Made by a program: the position numbers and the translations under genes. Below are positions 11,586 to 25,782 of a DNA stretch of 64,000 bases, piece by piece. The DNA comes from Eledone cirrhosa (Eukaryota): NCBI GenBank assembly GCA_964016885.1, contig OZ024740.1, positions 334,552,001 to 334,616,000 on the forward strand. Direction: 5' to 3'. Position 1 is the stretch's first letter; each line of letters starts with the position of its first letter. The notes beneath the pieces were generated by a model. It did no database searches. It saw only the letters and a program-made list of their open reading frames with translations, and was not told the origin of the DNA.

Positions 11586-14500
11586 GGGGCCCTTTCTGCC
11601 CGTGTGTTTGTTTGTTTATGTGTGTCCGTATACAGCGTGGTGATAATGCCACACAAGGGCCAAGTGGGATGGCGGATCCACAGATGGCTATGTAAACATA
11701 CATTCGCCAATCCTCGATAAGAGTGTTTAAATATCGAACATAAACAGTTCGAATAACGGTGAAATGGAGACTAGAACGTCATGTGACAGACTCTCACCCA
11801 ACAGGTGCCCCCTGGCTCAGCAGCAGGAACCTGACTGTCAACGAAATACTGCTGATGTTGGAGGAAGAAGAAGAAGGAAAGGGGCCAGAACCAACTGGAC
11901 GAAAGAATTGAATAGAACTGTTATGCAATGTTACCTGAAAAGTAACCCCAAGGAGAGGGGCTACAGGAGACGGATGCATAACATCTAGAACGAGATTGGT
12001 TTATTTAAATTAGATGAACAAAAATTGGCCGGGCAGGCTCGGGTAATAAGAACTAATGGGTGGATAAGCGAGCTGGAACTGGAGGAACTGAGCAGAGAGA
12101 ATGGCTTGGAGATGGCGGGTGTAGTATGCCAGACAAGCGAGCCGGCGGGAAATGAAGGTGAGGAGGTCCTGAGAGCGGAGGAACCACCCGAAGCAGACAA
12201 TGATCTGAATACTGAGATAAATAATACCTGGAACAGAGATACGGCCACTGAGGAGATGAATGCTGACGGGCTAGGACAAGATTCGGTTGACATCCGAAAT
12301 TTAGTGGTAGATGAGTTGAACAATGATAGTGGGAGACCTATGAACCTAAGATTTGTAGACAGGAAAAAGTTAAAAGAAACAACAGCTAAGGTAAACAAAG
12401 TCATCCCATACCTTGAGGCGAGGAGTCTTCACCAGTGCAACAATATCCTCAAAGCAACAGCAAATACGGTGAGGAAACTACTTGGTATAAAAGCGAGAGG
12501 AAACAACAGACAAGAAAGAGCAGAGCCGTGGTGGAAGAAGCGACTGAGTGGGCAAATCGGGGAAATGAGAAATGACATAGGAAAGCTTGAGTCACTACTG
12601 AATGGGACACTAAAAAACATAGGCACTAAAAATAGACTGGAAATAAAATACAAAACTAGGAGTAAAAAGCTAAATATTATCATAGAGGAATTGAAGCAAC
12701 GCATTGTAGCAAAGAGTGCCAAAATCAGGCGATACGAGAACAGAGTCAGTCAGTATAAACAGAACCGCATGTTCGACAACAACTAGAAGATGCTGTTTGG
12801 ACAGCTTGAGGGGAAAGAAAGAGGCACCGACTTGATCCCTGGGGCGGAACAAGCTAAAACATTCTGGAGAGGAATATGGGAGCAGGATGTTAGACACAAT
12901 GCCCAGGCAGGGTGGATTGAGACAGTACAGAGGGAGATCGGTGAGCAGGCACAGCAACAGACTGATTTGAGTATCACAGTTGAAACTCTTAAGGGGCAAG
13001 CCAAAAAACTAACCAACTGGAAATCACCAGGCCCAGATGGTGTGCAGGGGTATTGGATTAAACATTTAACATCCCTCCACCCGAAGCTGACGGCCATGTT
13101 CAATGACTGCTTGGTGTCGGGTGAGGTGCCAGAGTGGTTGACAAAAGGTACCACAGTTCTGATAATGAAAGACCGAATCAAGGGTAATGATGTTACCAAC
13201 TATAGACCTATCACATGTCTGCCCGTAATGTGGAAACTGTTGACGAGCATTGTGTCTGAGGAAATCTACCATCACCTCCACACAAACAACTTGTTGCCGG
13301 ACGAACAGAAAGGATGCCGAAAGAAGTCACGTGGTACAAAGGACCAGTTGCTTATTGATAAGATGGTAATGGGGAATTGCAGGAGGAGACACACTGATCT
13401 TGCCATGGGATGGATAGACTACAGAAAGGCATTTGACATGGTGCCTCATTCCTGGATCACCAAAAGCCTGGAGATCTTCAGGGTGGCAGATAACATCAGA
13501 CAGTTGCTGGGCAGGAGTATGGGGTCCTGGCAGACAGAGTTGACATCAACTGGAGTATCCTTGGGAAGCGTGAAGATCAAGAGAGGTATCTTCCAGGGAG
13601 ATAGCCTGTCCCCTCTGTTGTTTGTCCTTGCCCTGATGCCCTTGACCATTATGCTGCGAAAAGTGAGAGCAGGATACAAGTTGGGAAGGGGAGAGCTTAC
13701 CATCAATCACCTCCTCTTCATGGACGATCTTAAGCTCTTCGGGAAAAGTGAGAAGGAGTTGGATGTGCTTGTTGACACTGTCCGTATTTTCAGCAGTGAT
13801 ATATGTATGCAGTTTGGTATTGGTAAATGTGGAGTCATTGTGATGAGGAGGGGTAGGTTGAGCAGAAGTAACAGGATCCAGATACCAACAGGTGAGATGA
13901 TAAAGGAAATTGACTCTGAGGAAGGATACAAGTATTTGGGCGTTCTGGAGGCTGATGGCATAAAGAACAAAAAAATGAAGGAATTGTTAAGAACTGAATA
14001 CATTCGGAGAGTAAGGAGCGTATTGAAGTCACATCTGAACAGCAGAAATGCCATAAGCGCAGTAAATTCCCGAGCTGTGTCTATTATTAGGTACAGTGCG
14101 GGAATTCTGAGATGGAATGTTGCTGAACAAAAAGAAATGGATAGGAAGACTAGGAAGCTATTGACTATCTACAACATGTTCCACAAGAGGAGTGATGTCG
14201 ATAGACTCTACCTAAGGAGTTCTGAGGGTGGAAGAGGTCTTATCAGCATAGAGGACTGTGTTCAGATGGAGAAAAACAACCTATACAAATACGTGACCTA
14301 TAGTAAGGAGCCAATGCTCAGAGCTGTACTGAAGGAGGGGACAGTTGGCCAGGGGATACCCAAGGAGGAAATAACATCAAGGAGGAAGAGCAGCCTTAAG
14401 GGAAAATCCCTTCATAGTACCTTCTTTGAGAAAACTGAATTTAGAGATCCACAGACATGGAACTGGTTGAGAAGAGGAGACCTCAAAAAGGCTACAGAAG

Positions 14501-15242
14501 GAATGCTAATGGCTGCGCAGGAGCAGGCCCTCAAAACGAAGTGGTTGAAGCACCATATCTACAAGGAGGAGGCTAGCCCACTGTGCAGGATCTGTGGAGA
14601 GAGAGAGGAGACTGTGGCTCACATTGTGTCCGAGTGTAAACACCTAGCCCAGACCCACTATAAGGGCTGGAGACACGATGTGATGGGCAGGGTGATCCAC
14701 TGGCACCTGTGCAAAGTAAACAATCTACCACATTCTGAGAAATGGTATGAGCATAGGCCAGAGGCGGTGATGGAGAACAGTCAGGTGAAGGTGCTGTGGG
14801 ATTTTAGGATACAGACGGACAAAAAACTGGAACACAATAGACCTGACCTGGTGGTTGTGGACAAAGAAAAAAGATCGTGCCTGATTGTGGATGTGGCCTG
14901 CCCGTTCGACACGAGAGTGCAAGAGAAGGAGAGGGAGAAAATTAACCGATACCAGGACCTAAAGTGGGAGGTGAAAAGGATTTGGAACTGCCATGAAGTC
15001 AAAGTGATCCCGATTGTCATAGGCGCACTGGGGACTATCTCCAAAGGTTTCCAGGGATGGTTAAAGAAAATCGGCCCCTTCACGCTTTTTGGAACGCTTC
15101 AAAAGGCATGCTTGCTTGGAACGGCAAGAACCCTCCGATACGTCCTGAATATCTGAGGCTGCAGGTAGTGGCTTGATATTCAATCCAACGGACTTTCCAG
15201 TTAACCAACATCAATGACTGAGATTCAAGGAATAACAATAAC

Positions 15243-15276
<34 letters not shown>
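11586..15276 (+). mobile_element. Near-full-length R4/Dong-type non-LTR retrotransposon
   Basis: A single long frame encodes RT plus a C-terminal restriction-like endonuclease. A short 3' UTR and an (AAT)n tail follow. Confidence 0.88.
11764..15156 (+). pseudogene. RT plus RLE endonuclease ORF (1130 codons) interrupted by two in-frame TAG stops
   Basis: ORFs starting at 11764, 12025 and 12790 share one frame. Motifs include KSPGPDG, NYRPITCL, DYRKAFD, QGDSLSP, FMDD, GGRGL, CRIC..ETVAH..SEC, RHD and RPD..VDVACP. Confidence 0.92.
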
Positions 15277-15277
<1 letters not shown>

Positions 15278-16084
15278 GAGAGAGACTGAAGGACTGATTA
15301 TATCGGCAAAAGATCAGTGTCGGCCAACAAAAAATTACCAAGCAAACATAATAAAAAATGGATGCAACCCATTATGCCGTGTATGTAAAATACAACCACA
15401 CACCATTGATCATATAATTTCAATGTGCAGTCCTATAGCTCCAACCGAATACCTAAACAGGCATGACAGAGCTGTACAATACATACATTGGATAATGTGT
15501 AAGCATTTTGACCTGCCCCATGAAAAGAATTAGTGGGAGCATCAACCACAACCCATACATGAAAAAGATCACATCTCAATCTTGTGGAACTTTAGCATCC
15601 AAACAGACCGAAAAATAGATGCAAACAGACCTGATATAATATTGAAAGACTTTCAAAAGAGGGTATGCCTGCTAATTGATATATCTGTTCCAATAGACAA
15701 GAATGTATCTATAAAAACATTTGAAAAATTGAGCAAGTATAAGGACCTGGAGATAGAAATTGGAAAAATGTGGAAATTGAGAATTAAAACAATACCAGTG
15801 GTTGTAGGCGCTCTGGGAATGATACCTAAGGGGTCTAATGATTACTTATCGCAAATCCCAGGAAACCCACGTATAGGAGAAATACAAAAGATAGTACTAA
15901 TGGGAACTGCCCATATACTAAGGAAGATTCTGTCAATATAAGTACATCACAAGTCTAAACACTAAAGATGCATGTGTGAATATGTATGTTCTTTCTTGAA
16001 CATGGCGGACCTTGTTGTCTCTTGAGGTCACTGGTTGTGACTTGGTGATAACTCGTATGAACATAAAGCAAGATAAATGCAACT

Positions 16085-16115
<31 letters not shown>
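15274..16115 (+). mobile_element. 3' part of a second R4/Dong-type family (Zn knuckle, RLE, 3' UTR, (AAT)n)
   Basis: KRETEGLIISAKDQ..CRVC..HIISMC..RHD..RPDIILKD..LIDISVP..KLSKYKDL. Confidence 0.88.
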
Positions 16116-16117
<2 letters not shown>

Positions 16118-16901
16118 TGGAGTTTGGACTAGATAAATGCGCCAAAGCAACGTTCACCAGAGGAAAGCTGCTGAAGAGTTCAGACATTAATCTTGATCGG
16201 GGGAACGTGATAAGAGAACTTGATCAAGAAAAACTTACAAATATCTAGGTGTTCGTGAAGGAGACGGAATCAAGCACTCGACAATGAGGGAAAGGATAAG
16301 GAAGGAATGTTACCGCAGAGTAAGGGCAATCTTAAGAACGGAATTGAATGCAAGGAATAGGATCGATGCCATAAACACGCTTGCCATACCAGTAGTAACC
16401 TACAGTTACAATGTCATCAACTGGTCAAGAACAGAGATCCGTAGGCTCGATACAAAAATTCGAAAATTCTTAACCATGCACAGAATGCATCACCCTAAGG
16501 CAGATATAGATAGAATATATCTCCCCAGGAAAGAAGGAGGACGTGGGTTAATCCAGTTAGACATTGCGTTGAAAACTGCAACAATTGGATTATCTACATA
16601 TCTAAGGGAATCACATGATTGGATGATCAAACTCGTTTTGAAACACGAAAGCATCAAAAGATCATATTCCATTACAAAAGATGCACAAAGATACAGTAAT
16701 GGACTACAAATTTCAGAAGTCCCATTTACTGCTGAAATGGAAAACACAGAAAAAGCAAAGCAGGTAAAAGTAACTGCAAAGAAAGAACTGCTACAGAAAC
16801 TGGCTAAGAAATGGCAAGAAAAGCCTCTGTATGGAAAATACCCTGAGCGAGCTAACAATCCTGATGTTGACAAAACTTTAACCCATCAGTGGTTGGCATC
16901 C
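16116..16901 (+). mobile_element. Middle part (RT end and thumb) of an R4/Dong-type element
   Basis: MEFGLDKCAK..YKYLG..RIYLPRKEGGRGL..KPLYGKY..THQWLAS, with one frameshift near 16235. Confidence 0.88.
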
Positions 16902-18238
16902 TTTAATATAGTATATTGACTATGATTTTATGCTCCTTTGTATCATACATACATTTCTTTTTTCTGTCCCTATTAGCCTACCATAATTCTGCTTAAGTCA
17001 GTTTTTTAGATATCGTTATGTAAATGATAGTAGAAAATTTCATTCCTTTATATATATATTTGTAGCGAAATATTAACGTTTATAAATTTTGATTACTTAA
17101 ACCATAGCTAATATTGTATTGCCTTATTAGATATTTTAAATATTTTTAATATTAATTTATCAAATAGGGTTTTCGAGTCATTTACCGGGGTTGTTTCCTA
17201 AGTTTTTACTTAACTGCATATGAGACCTAAGTATATACTTTTGTTTTTGTTTTTTAATTTCCGGTTGATTCTATTTATTTATTTATTTATTTATTTATTA
17301 ATACTACTGTGCATTCTATTTACTGTCTGGCCCTTACTCACTCATCCACATATATATCTGTTTACCAACCTTTTAATTATAAGTAATTATATATTATTTT
17401 ATGTTAATTATTTTATATTGTATTTGTTATTGTACTATCGATCCTTATTACTTACCGTTGATTATATGTACCATTATGATATGTTAAACTTTATATATCA
17501 TGTAAGATGTTTATACTTTTGTACCATCATAATTTTGGGTATTGTACAATTTATATTTTTTTCTCACCTACTCTGTAACTCTATATGAATTGATTTGTTA
17601 ACTTGCATGCCATTATATATTATATATTATATATGTTATTATATTATTATTATTGTATTATTGTAACATCTATATTGTTTGTGTAAATTAACCGGAGATT
17701 ATCTATTATATTATATTATATAGTATATAATTGTATAGTTTATTATATATTATATGTGCTACTTATAATCATATCATATTATTACCTCATGTATATTAGA
17801 TATACGTATTATTATTATTATTTTTATTCCTATCACACTTATTTATATTTAAACTCTTAATAAGGTTTAATTTGTGCTGTTGAAGATGGATATGTGTATT
17901 GATGTATGTGTATATGTGCGTACGTGTGCGTACATATATACATATGTATATTGTACCTTTTAATTTTTATTGTAATTTTAATATTGTTACAAGTATATTA
18001 TATTATATTATATAGTATTATATATAATTCCCGCTCTATCTAACCACCTTTGTTTAGCTCTAGGTTTTTTTTGCTTTGGACTATACTTGTAATATGGTTC
18101 TAAATGTTATACACCTCCTTAGTGATTTTTATTATATATTTTTACCCATAATCTTGCAATACTTTAGTGTATATACACTCCATATTCTTCGGAGTTTTCG
18201 GCTTGTATTGGCCGATAATACTTCTTGTTGTTTTAATT

Positions 18239-18276
18239 GCCCTGATGAGTCCTTAATAGGATGAAACATTGTTGGC
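18239..18276 (+). ncRNA. Minimal hammerhead ribozyme at the end of an AT-rich PLE-like 3' region
   Basis: GCC-CTGATGA-GTCCT-taat-AGGAT-GAAAC-att-GTT-GGC. The downstream sequence resembles that after the HHR at 3540. Confidence 0.78.
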
Positions 18277-18321
18277 TAATAATGACTTTTGATGTATTGA
18301 AGGCTTCTTTGTTTTACTTTC

Positions 18322-18380
<59 letters not shown>

Positions 18381-18438
18381 CTGTGTGTGTGTGTGTTTGT
18401 GCATGCACGTGTGCGCGTGTATATATCTATGTTCGCAT

Positions 18439-18480
<42 letters not shown>

Positions 18481-19389
18481 ATATTTATATATATTTATAC
18501 GCGAAGATAGTTGATGTAAAGTCGTTTAGTAAGAAAGATAATAGTCGATTTCATTTGGTTGCTTCAATTCAATTTTTTTTATGCTAGCTCATATTTACTA
18601 CAGTCTTTATAAAACAGACGTTAAGTATTAGTAGAAAATATGCTGAAGTGGGGAAATTTATTGATTTGAAAATACATAAAATAGATAATGTAAAATTAGT
18701 AAAATTGGAAATAACTAAGTTACATAAGAATTATTATTGTTATTGTTGAAGTTAGAAAACTATTGAAATATTGCTACTTCAACTGAGATATGGTTAGATG
18801 AAATTCTAAATTATGCGATGTAGAAATAATGTATTTCGTCAAAATATTAATGGTATAGTGAAGTTGAATATTTCTAACATAAATAGTATATATGCTAAAC
18901 CACACATATAATAAAATCAAACATAAATTCAATATAAGCTAACTGCTGTTTTAAATTGTATCCCTTGCCGTGGAAATTGCAAAAAGGAAAAATATGTATA
19001 CAAATATATATGTAGACATATGAATAAATATTTTAATATATTGCATAAATATTCATGTATATTCATAAACATTTACATGCATGGTTTCCTAGAGGGGACT
19101 TAGACAAATTCATTTAGATGCGCGAGTGCGCAGTTAACCCAACGGGTGTGAGAGACTCCTCATCTTTCTTTGGGAATTTACATGATAGAAGGAATCCCAG
19201 GTAAAACCTCCGACTCTATGCCAACTAATTACGTTTGACCAGATCATCTTTTTTTGGATACATTTCATGATTGTTCAGACATTTGGATTGTTAAAGTGCA
19301 AGGCCTTTTTTTATTTAAAAAACGTTTCAGCACAAGTATTGTAAGTCTTGTTTTAACTAAACCCCGCGATATGCGACCATCATGTTTAC

Positions 19390-19910
19390 ATATGCACAAA
19401 TCTGACAATACCGGATTACTATTCCCTACTCGACATCCAGCTGAGGGTGACGGATGAAGCTGACGTCAACTCCAACTTCTATAGTAAAGCCACCCATAGA
19501 GCTATATTTGTACATTGTAAATTGGCCCATGCCCTCAGTGCTAAAGCTGGATATGTTAGGAACGAACTCACACATTCTGGAATAAATGCAGCAAGACGAA
19601 TGGCAAAGCCACCCACACGGCTATTTTCTTGGATGTACTAAAATCAATCAATACCTGAAATCCATCATGAGTCGTTTTATGGGGCGGAGGCGCCGGAAAC
19701 ATAGCAACCTCAAAACATGCTTCCTGAAGTTCACACAAGTCAGAGAAGATATAACCAGTGCGATCAGCTGAGCCATCTGGATTGAGAGACTAGGCATGCA
19801 ATTAGCCAATTCCGGCCTTTCAATACGAGACAATCTATCAAATAGGCGTTCCCTGGACAATAAAAACCAATGCATGTTGGCAAACTGTCCCATTCATGCC
19901 ACAGGTATTT
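19390..19910 (+). pseudogene. Degraded PLE RT-thumb and linker fragment
   Basis: SLLDIQLRVTDEADVNSNFYSKATHRAIFVHCKLAHALSAKAGYVRNELT, homologous to ORF 87..353. Confidence 0.75.
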
Positions 19911-20593
19911 GGCAGCAAAATTACGTAATATAAATGCGACAAATTCATAAACATTTACATTGGTAGAATCATTAGACCTCTTCACATTCGCATTAAAGTA
20001 CATCTCAATATACACGCATTTCGTTCAGGAAACACTTAGGAATGCAACAAAAATAACAATTAATATTAAAGCCAGGGAGAGGAAATTAGGCATCCTTAGA
20101 ATTAAAGAAGGAATACAAATAGTTAGGTTAAACCCATAAATCACGAACGGGTTAGAACTCAACACGAAAGTGCGCACACATAAATCTTGATATAATAACG
20201 CAGAAATGCATAATAGCTAGTTATATCTAGATACACATTTGATGTATGCAAGCACAGATACAACATTCCAAACAAATAACTCAATCCAGAATATCTTAAC
20301 TACGGAAATTATAGCAACAAGAATATTACAAGAACACGAACACGCACACACGTTCACAACACAATTCCCCTCAATCTATGGACGACGTCATACTCGTCAG
20401 CGATAAACAGAACACTGCTTATAAAAGAAGAAAAATTGGCGAACCGTTAATAAAAACAATAAAACGAAACACAACCCAGTTACTTATTATAGCCTTTACA
20501 CGAAGGGTTTTTAGACCCGAAATATTAGGAGGGGTAAACAAAATAATAAGTGAAACACCAACATCTTTCTTGCCTTCGATCTATTTCGAAATC

Positions 20594-20873
<280 letters not shown>

Positions 20874-20923
20874 TAAACAAATAATGAACAAACAATTCCT
20901 TATATTAAACAAAAAAAGTTCAC

Positions 20924-21068
20924 TATTTAACGATCGTTTCTAGGGTATATATGTGTTATAATTGGTATGCATATTTAACAGATCTATGTACAAAATTATA
21001 CAAAATTATACAAATTATCAAGATTAAATATACATACCTAACTCATATATACGCCGTCTTCAGAAATA
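20924..21068 (-). ncRNA. Hammerhead motif with a very long stem II
   Basis: TATTT-CTGAAGA-c-GG..(about 115 nt hairpin)..CCta-GAAAC-GATC-GTT-AAATA. It lies within the foldback 20866-20942 / 21119-21195. Confidence 0.7.
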
Positions 21069-21327
21069 ATCGTTAAATTATCGTTAAATAATTCGTAGAA
21101 ATTATCGTTAAATATTCGTAGAAACGATCGTTAAATAGTGAACTTTTTTTGTTTAATATAAGGAATTGTTTGTTCATTATTTGTTTAATATTTTATCTTG
21201 ACTCTGTATACCGTTTATCTTTCACCGAAATTGGATTTTCATTACATCTCTTCTTTCCATGATATCCGGAATACATTGAGTTCTTCATACGGATTGGACA
21301 CTACCGTAAACTCTTGGTAGATTTATC

Positions 21328-21497
<170 letters not shown>

Positions 21498-21557
21498 CAT
21501 TCTTGATTATTTCATACGAATAAAACATTTCATGTCTTATAGAAGTCATAAATACAT

Positions 21558-21642
21558 ATGGTCTGTTGGAGACGCAGGACATGGCAGCGATAATGAGGGA
21601 CAATGACCGCTGGAGAGAACTCGTCCATGCATGGATCTCGGA
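21558..21642 (+). mobile_element. Short LINE (RTE-like) 3' fragment
   Basis: [24 protein letters not shown] resembles the M.DR..WR..V C-terminus of these ORFs. Confidence 0.45.
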
Positions 21643-21985
21643 AATTTTACCCGCTTTATATATATATATATTGTCAAAATGATACTTATATGAAATCGCA
21701 AACAAACGTGACAAATATGTGGCTTACAGGCCGGTGCTTCGCTAAACCGATAGAAAGTAGAAGATAACTTTATGTTTTGTTTATAAAATAATCATTGATA
21801 AATTTTAAAGCAGACTTTTTTTCATTTCTTTCATTAAATCTCATAGATAGACCGCACGTAATAGTAAAAAAAAGGTTCCTGTTGACCACACGCTATATTA
21901 TCCTCCACATATATCTGTATGTTTTCGCGTATACATTCCCAACACACACATAAATGTATATGTATATATATTTATATATATATAC

Positions 21986-22060
<75 letters not shown>

Positions 22061-22465
22061 TGTGTGTGTGAGTGTGTGTTTATGTGTATGTATCTATGTA
22101 TGTATTTGTCTATTTCTACACTTTTTTCAACGATAGTTTTTGTGCAGACATAAATCACTTACAAGAAAACCAATAAAATGTCACAGACAGTTTATTGGCT
22201 GTCACGAAGCGTTTGTATATCTGCCTGGCACGGTAGTTTCAAAACATTTTTTTTTAAATTTAGATATGAGAGAATATACTCTGGTTTAAATGTAGTTTAC
22301 TTGAAATACAGAAATATCTTCTGAACATACAGAAATATCATCTGAAATATCATCAGAAATATCACAAACACATACGGGCACACACAAACACACACACACG
22401 CGCACACACACATGCGCATGCACACACACACGCATACCCATACACACACACACACACGCACACGC

Positions 22466-22496
<31 letters not shown>

Positions 22497-23398
22497 TATA
22501 TATATGCTGTTCGAAAAATGCTTTATGACATCTAGGGTTTGTTAAAATAACAACTTTTGAACACCGATGATTTTAAGTCAAATATTACTTGATGTATGAC
22601 AAAATATATTTAATTGCTATCATTGCAGACATATTAGCAATATAGATTTCAGTCTTGCAATATTAAAACTATGTTAGAATATTTCGGTAAAGAAATCCTT
22701 TGACTCTGATGAAGACACGCAGTAAATATTTATATGACTGTCTGGTGAAGTAGCCATTATTGATTCTAATTTGTTTCCCTCTCTTAAGTAATTTCATACG
22801 TATATTCTAGGTGATATTTAGTTTCAGATTTTACAAATGTTTTAACACAACGTTTAATATTGGTATGTGTCAATTTGAGGGGCGCTGTAACGTGAATGAA
22901 TAAATTATGACATTCTTCTTACCTGTCGCTGAGACTAATTACCTTCGCAGTTTAAAATGAATTCACGCATGAAAACTATTCCACCTGGAGTGATATTTTA
23001 ACAGCTTATTAAAATGAATCATAGAAGCATCTATTCGATTCGTTTTAGAAATATATCTTTCGTGGGGATAAATACATTCATTTATAAAGTACATCTATAC
23101 TAACTAATATATCACTATTGATAAAATATATTCAATTACATCAATTAAACTTTTAAAAGGGGATCAACGACCGATGGCCAGAACGAACATTTCGAGGATA
23201 TTTTACGTTTCAAGCTATCTAGTCTGTTTACATGACATCATTGGCCTATTCCTCTTAGTAAATTCGATTTACTTCATCTATCGTGAGTCGTACTTGACTA
23301 TCAATATTGCATTGTTACTTGTTAATGCATTTAACGCGTAGTTTGAGGAAGTGAATCAAGTAAATAGGTGCTTTATAAAGTTTATTCATATTATTTAC

Positions 23399-23583
23399 CG
23401 GTGGATTCGCAGTATCGGTAGAGGGTCGGACGCCATGTTTTGTAGCATAGAGTTACGCTCCTTTACGGTCTGAGTTCAAATCCCGCCAAGGTTAACTTGC
23501 CTTTCATCCTTACGGGGTCGATAAAATAAAGTACCAGTTATACAATGGCATAATTGCTGGCCTTGTGACAAAAGTAGAAACAA
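23399..23583 (+). mobile_element. tRNA-type SINE
   Basis: Homologous to 5690-5877, with TSD attatttacc. Confidence 0.85.
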
Positions 23584-23689
23584 TTATTTACCACTTAATT
23601 AACTTGATTGGGGCTATTAGAATTAAAACGACAACGACAGAGTAGCGATGTGTAGTAAAGGTTTCATTTTGAAGGTGTTTTTTAGAAGG

Positions 23690-24040
23690 ACTCTACACAT
23701 GACGATAGATATTGTTAGACATACTCTACACATGACGATAAATATTGTTAGAAAGACGCTAGATATGACGATAGATATTGTTAGAAATACTCTACGTATG
23801 ACGATAGATATTGTTAGAAATACTCTACGTATGACGATAGATATTGTTAGAAAAACTCTACATATGACGATAGATATTGTTAGAAAAACTCTACATATGA
23901 CGATAGATATTGTTAGAAAAACTCTACATATGACGATAGATATTGTTAGAAAAACTCTACATATGACGATAGATATTGTTAGAAAGTCTCTTCACGTGAC
24001 GATAGATATTGTTAGAAAAACTCTACATATGACGATAGAT
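23690..24040. repeat. 33-bp minisatellite (about 10.5 units)
   Basis: The unit ctctacatatgacgatagatattgttagaaaaa is repeated without spacers. Confidence 0.95.
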
Positions 24041-24147
24041 AATATTTGGCTGAATTAATTGATTGTGAAGCTACAAGATTTGTAGTCAGTGTTTGGTAAT
24101 TTTACAGAAGCTCTGAGTTATTACTGATAGAAAATATCAATAGATAA

Positions 24148-24336
24148 TTGTTTCTACTTTTGGCAGAAGGCCAGCAATTATCCAGTACATTACTGGTACT
24201 TTATTTTATCGACCCCGTAAGGATGAAAGGCAAAGTTAACCTCGGCGGGATTTGGATTCAGAATGGCAAGGGCCGTAACTCTATGCGTCAAAGCATGGCG
24301 TCCGACCCTCTACAGATACTGCCAATCCACCGCCAT
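24148..24336 (-). mobile_element. tRNA-type SINE
   Basis: Reverse-complement homolog of 5690-5877, with TSD aatatcaataRataat. Confidence 0.87.
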
Positions 24337-25100
24337 TATAAATATCAATAAATAATATTAGCCAATCGGCGTTGGCTAAAATCGGTATATTGTGGCGAGT
24401 TGAAATTTTAGTCCAATTAGGGGCAATAAACAATTCACCAAATTTTAAGATTAATTTCTAACTTGTGTTAGAAAATATAAATTGAATTAATTTCAAAACT
24501 GATCGTATATTAGATGTTACATGAGAGATATTAAATGAATTATATTAATTTAAAACACTAATGATAAACCAGTGTCTTTTTCTTTTCTTTTTGATTTGTC
24601 TGGAGGATGGGGTATTACGCATTGGTAAACTGTTCTAGGTTAAATTCTATAGCGTTTTTCTACAGAGAGGACTTCTCATAGAAATTATTTAGTTTAACGC
24701 AATGAAGGGAAAGACGAATTAGATGCGAATGTGTGAACAGTGGTAACATGGGCTTAAAAAATCTCCGATGCAGAGACCACAGAGGTAAAGGAGGAAGAGA
24801 GGGACGAGACGGCAGTGTGCCCGTGAGACACTTTAAACTAGTGTGTAGATTTAGACATATCATAAAAGAAACATTTTCGTGAAGTGTTAATCCACAAAAT
24901 CCCCCAGGCTTACACTAGTAAATACAACACCAACAAATACTATATCAATAATTTCAACTTGAGTTCACACACCTTGTAAATTGACTTAAAATTGCATTGA
25001 TTTTTGCATATACAGGAATCCAACAGCAGTAACAAAATAGCAAATGCCTAGTTCGTTATATAAATTGAAACATTGAATACAGACACACACTCATACACGC

Positions 25101-25241
<141 letters not shown>

Positions 25242-25299
25242 TGCGTCTGTGTGTAACAAAGAAACAAAACAAACGGTACAATATATAGCAGGAAGAAAG

Positions 25300-25335
25300 T
25301 CTTAACGTTCCGGATACTAGTCCTTCTTCAGAAGA
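25300..25335 (-). ncRNA. Minimal hammerhead motif with one core mutation
   Basis: TCTT-CTGAAGA-a-GGA-ctagta-TCC-GGAAC-GTT-AAGA, in which GAAA has become GGAA. Confidence 0.55.
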
Positions 25336-25782
25336 TAGACTTAGAAATAGAAGATAAATAGAGTGACGAGGGAAGGAGCGAATAAATGAGAAAGAAAACA
25401 TTTGTCTGTATTCTGTCGGCCATATGTGTATATAGAGTGTCTAGGCTTCATTAAGACATCTCTATTGAAGTAGGCCACGCTGATATAAATCCTGCGACTT
25501 CCTTTGCATCCAATGATTTCGACCAGTTATACATTTTTGTAAAATGCATTCGATGTTCAGAGAATGGGATTGGCTCCCTAAAAAGCATGTGTCTACTTAG
25601 AAAAAAAAACTTCAAGCACAGGCATCGCTAAATATGTGACATTTTATGCGATGCAAGGCCATAAGCAAGTCCCTAACAGGACTCAAAAGCCACGTCCGGG
25701 ATGCACATTCTTAATCATCAAGCGATGGTATTACTCGAAATCGAGTTGCAACCCTCATATAGGTGTATATATATATATATAT

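Noticed and set aside
11794-15083. Minus-strand ORFs overlapping the R4/Dong ORF
   Set aside because: Antisense shadows with no recognisable motifs.
17220-17588. Hydrophobic 122-aa ORF
   Set aside because: AT-rich low-complexity sequence in a probable PLE 3' region, with no coding evidence.
22700-22760. CTGATGA suggesting a hammerhead
   Set aside because: There is no GAAA or stem III at a compatible position.
23690-24040. Regular 33-bp repeats that look like a CRISPR array or repeat-protein ORF (23648..24058)
   Set aside because: There are no unique spacers and no cas genes. It is a minisatellite whose unit length is a multiple of 3.
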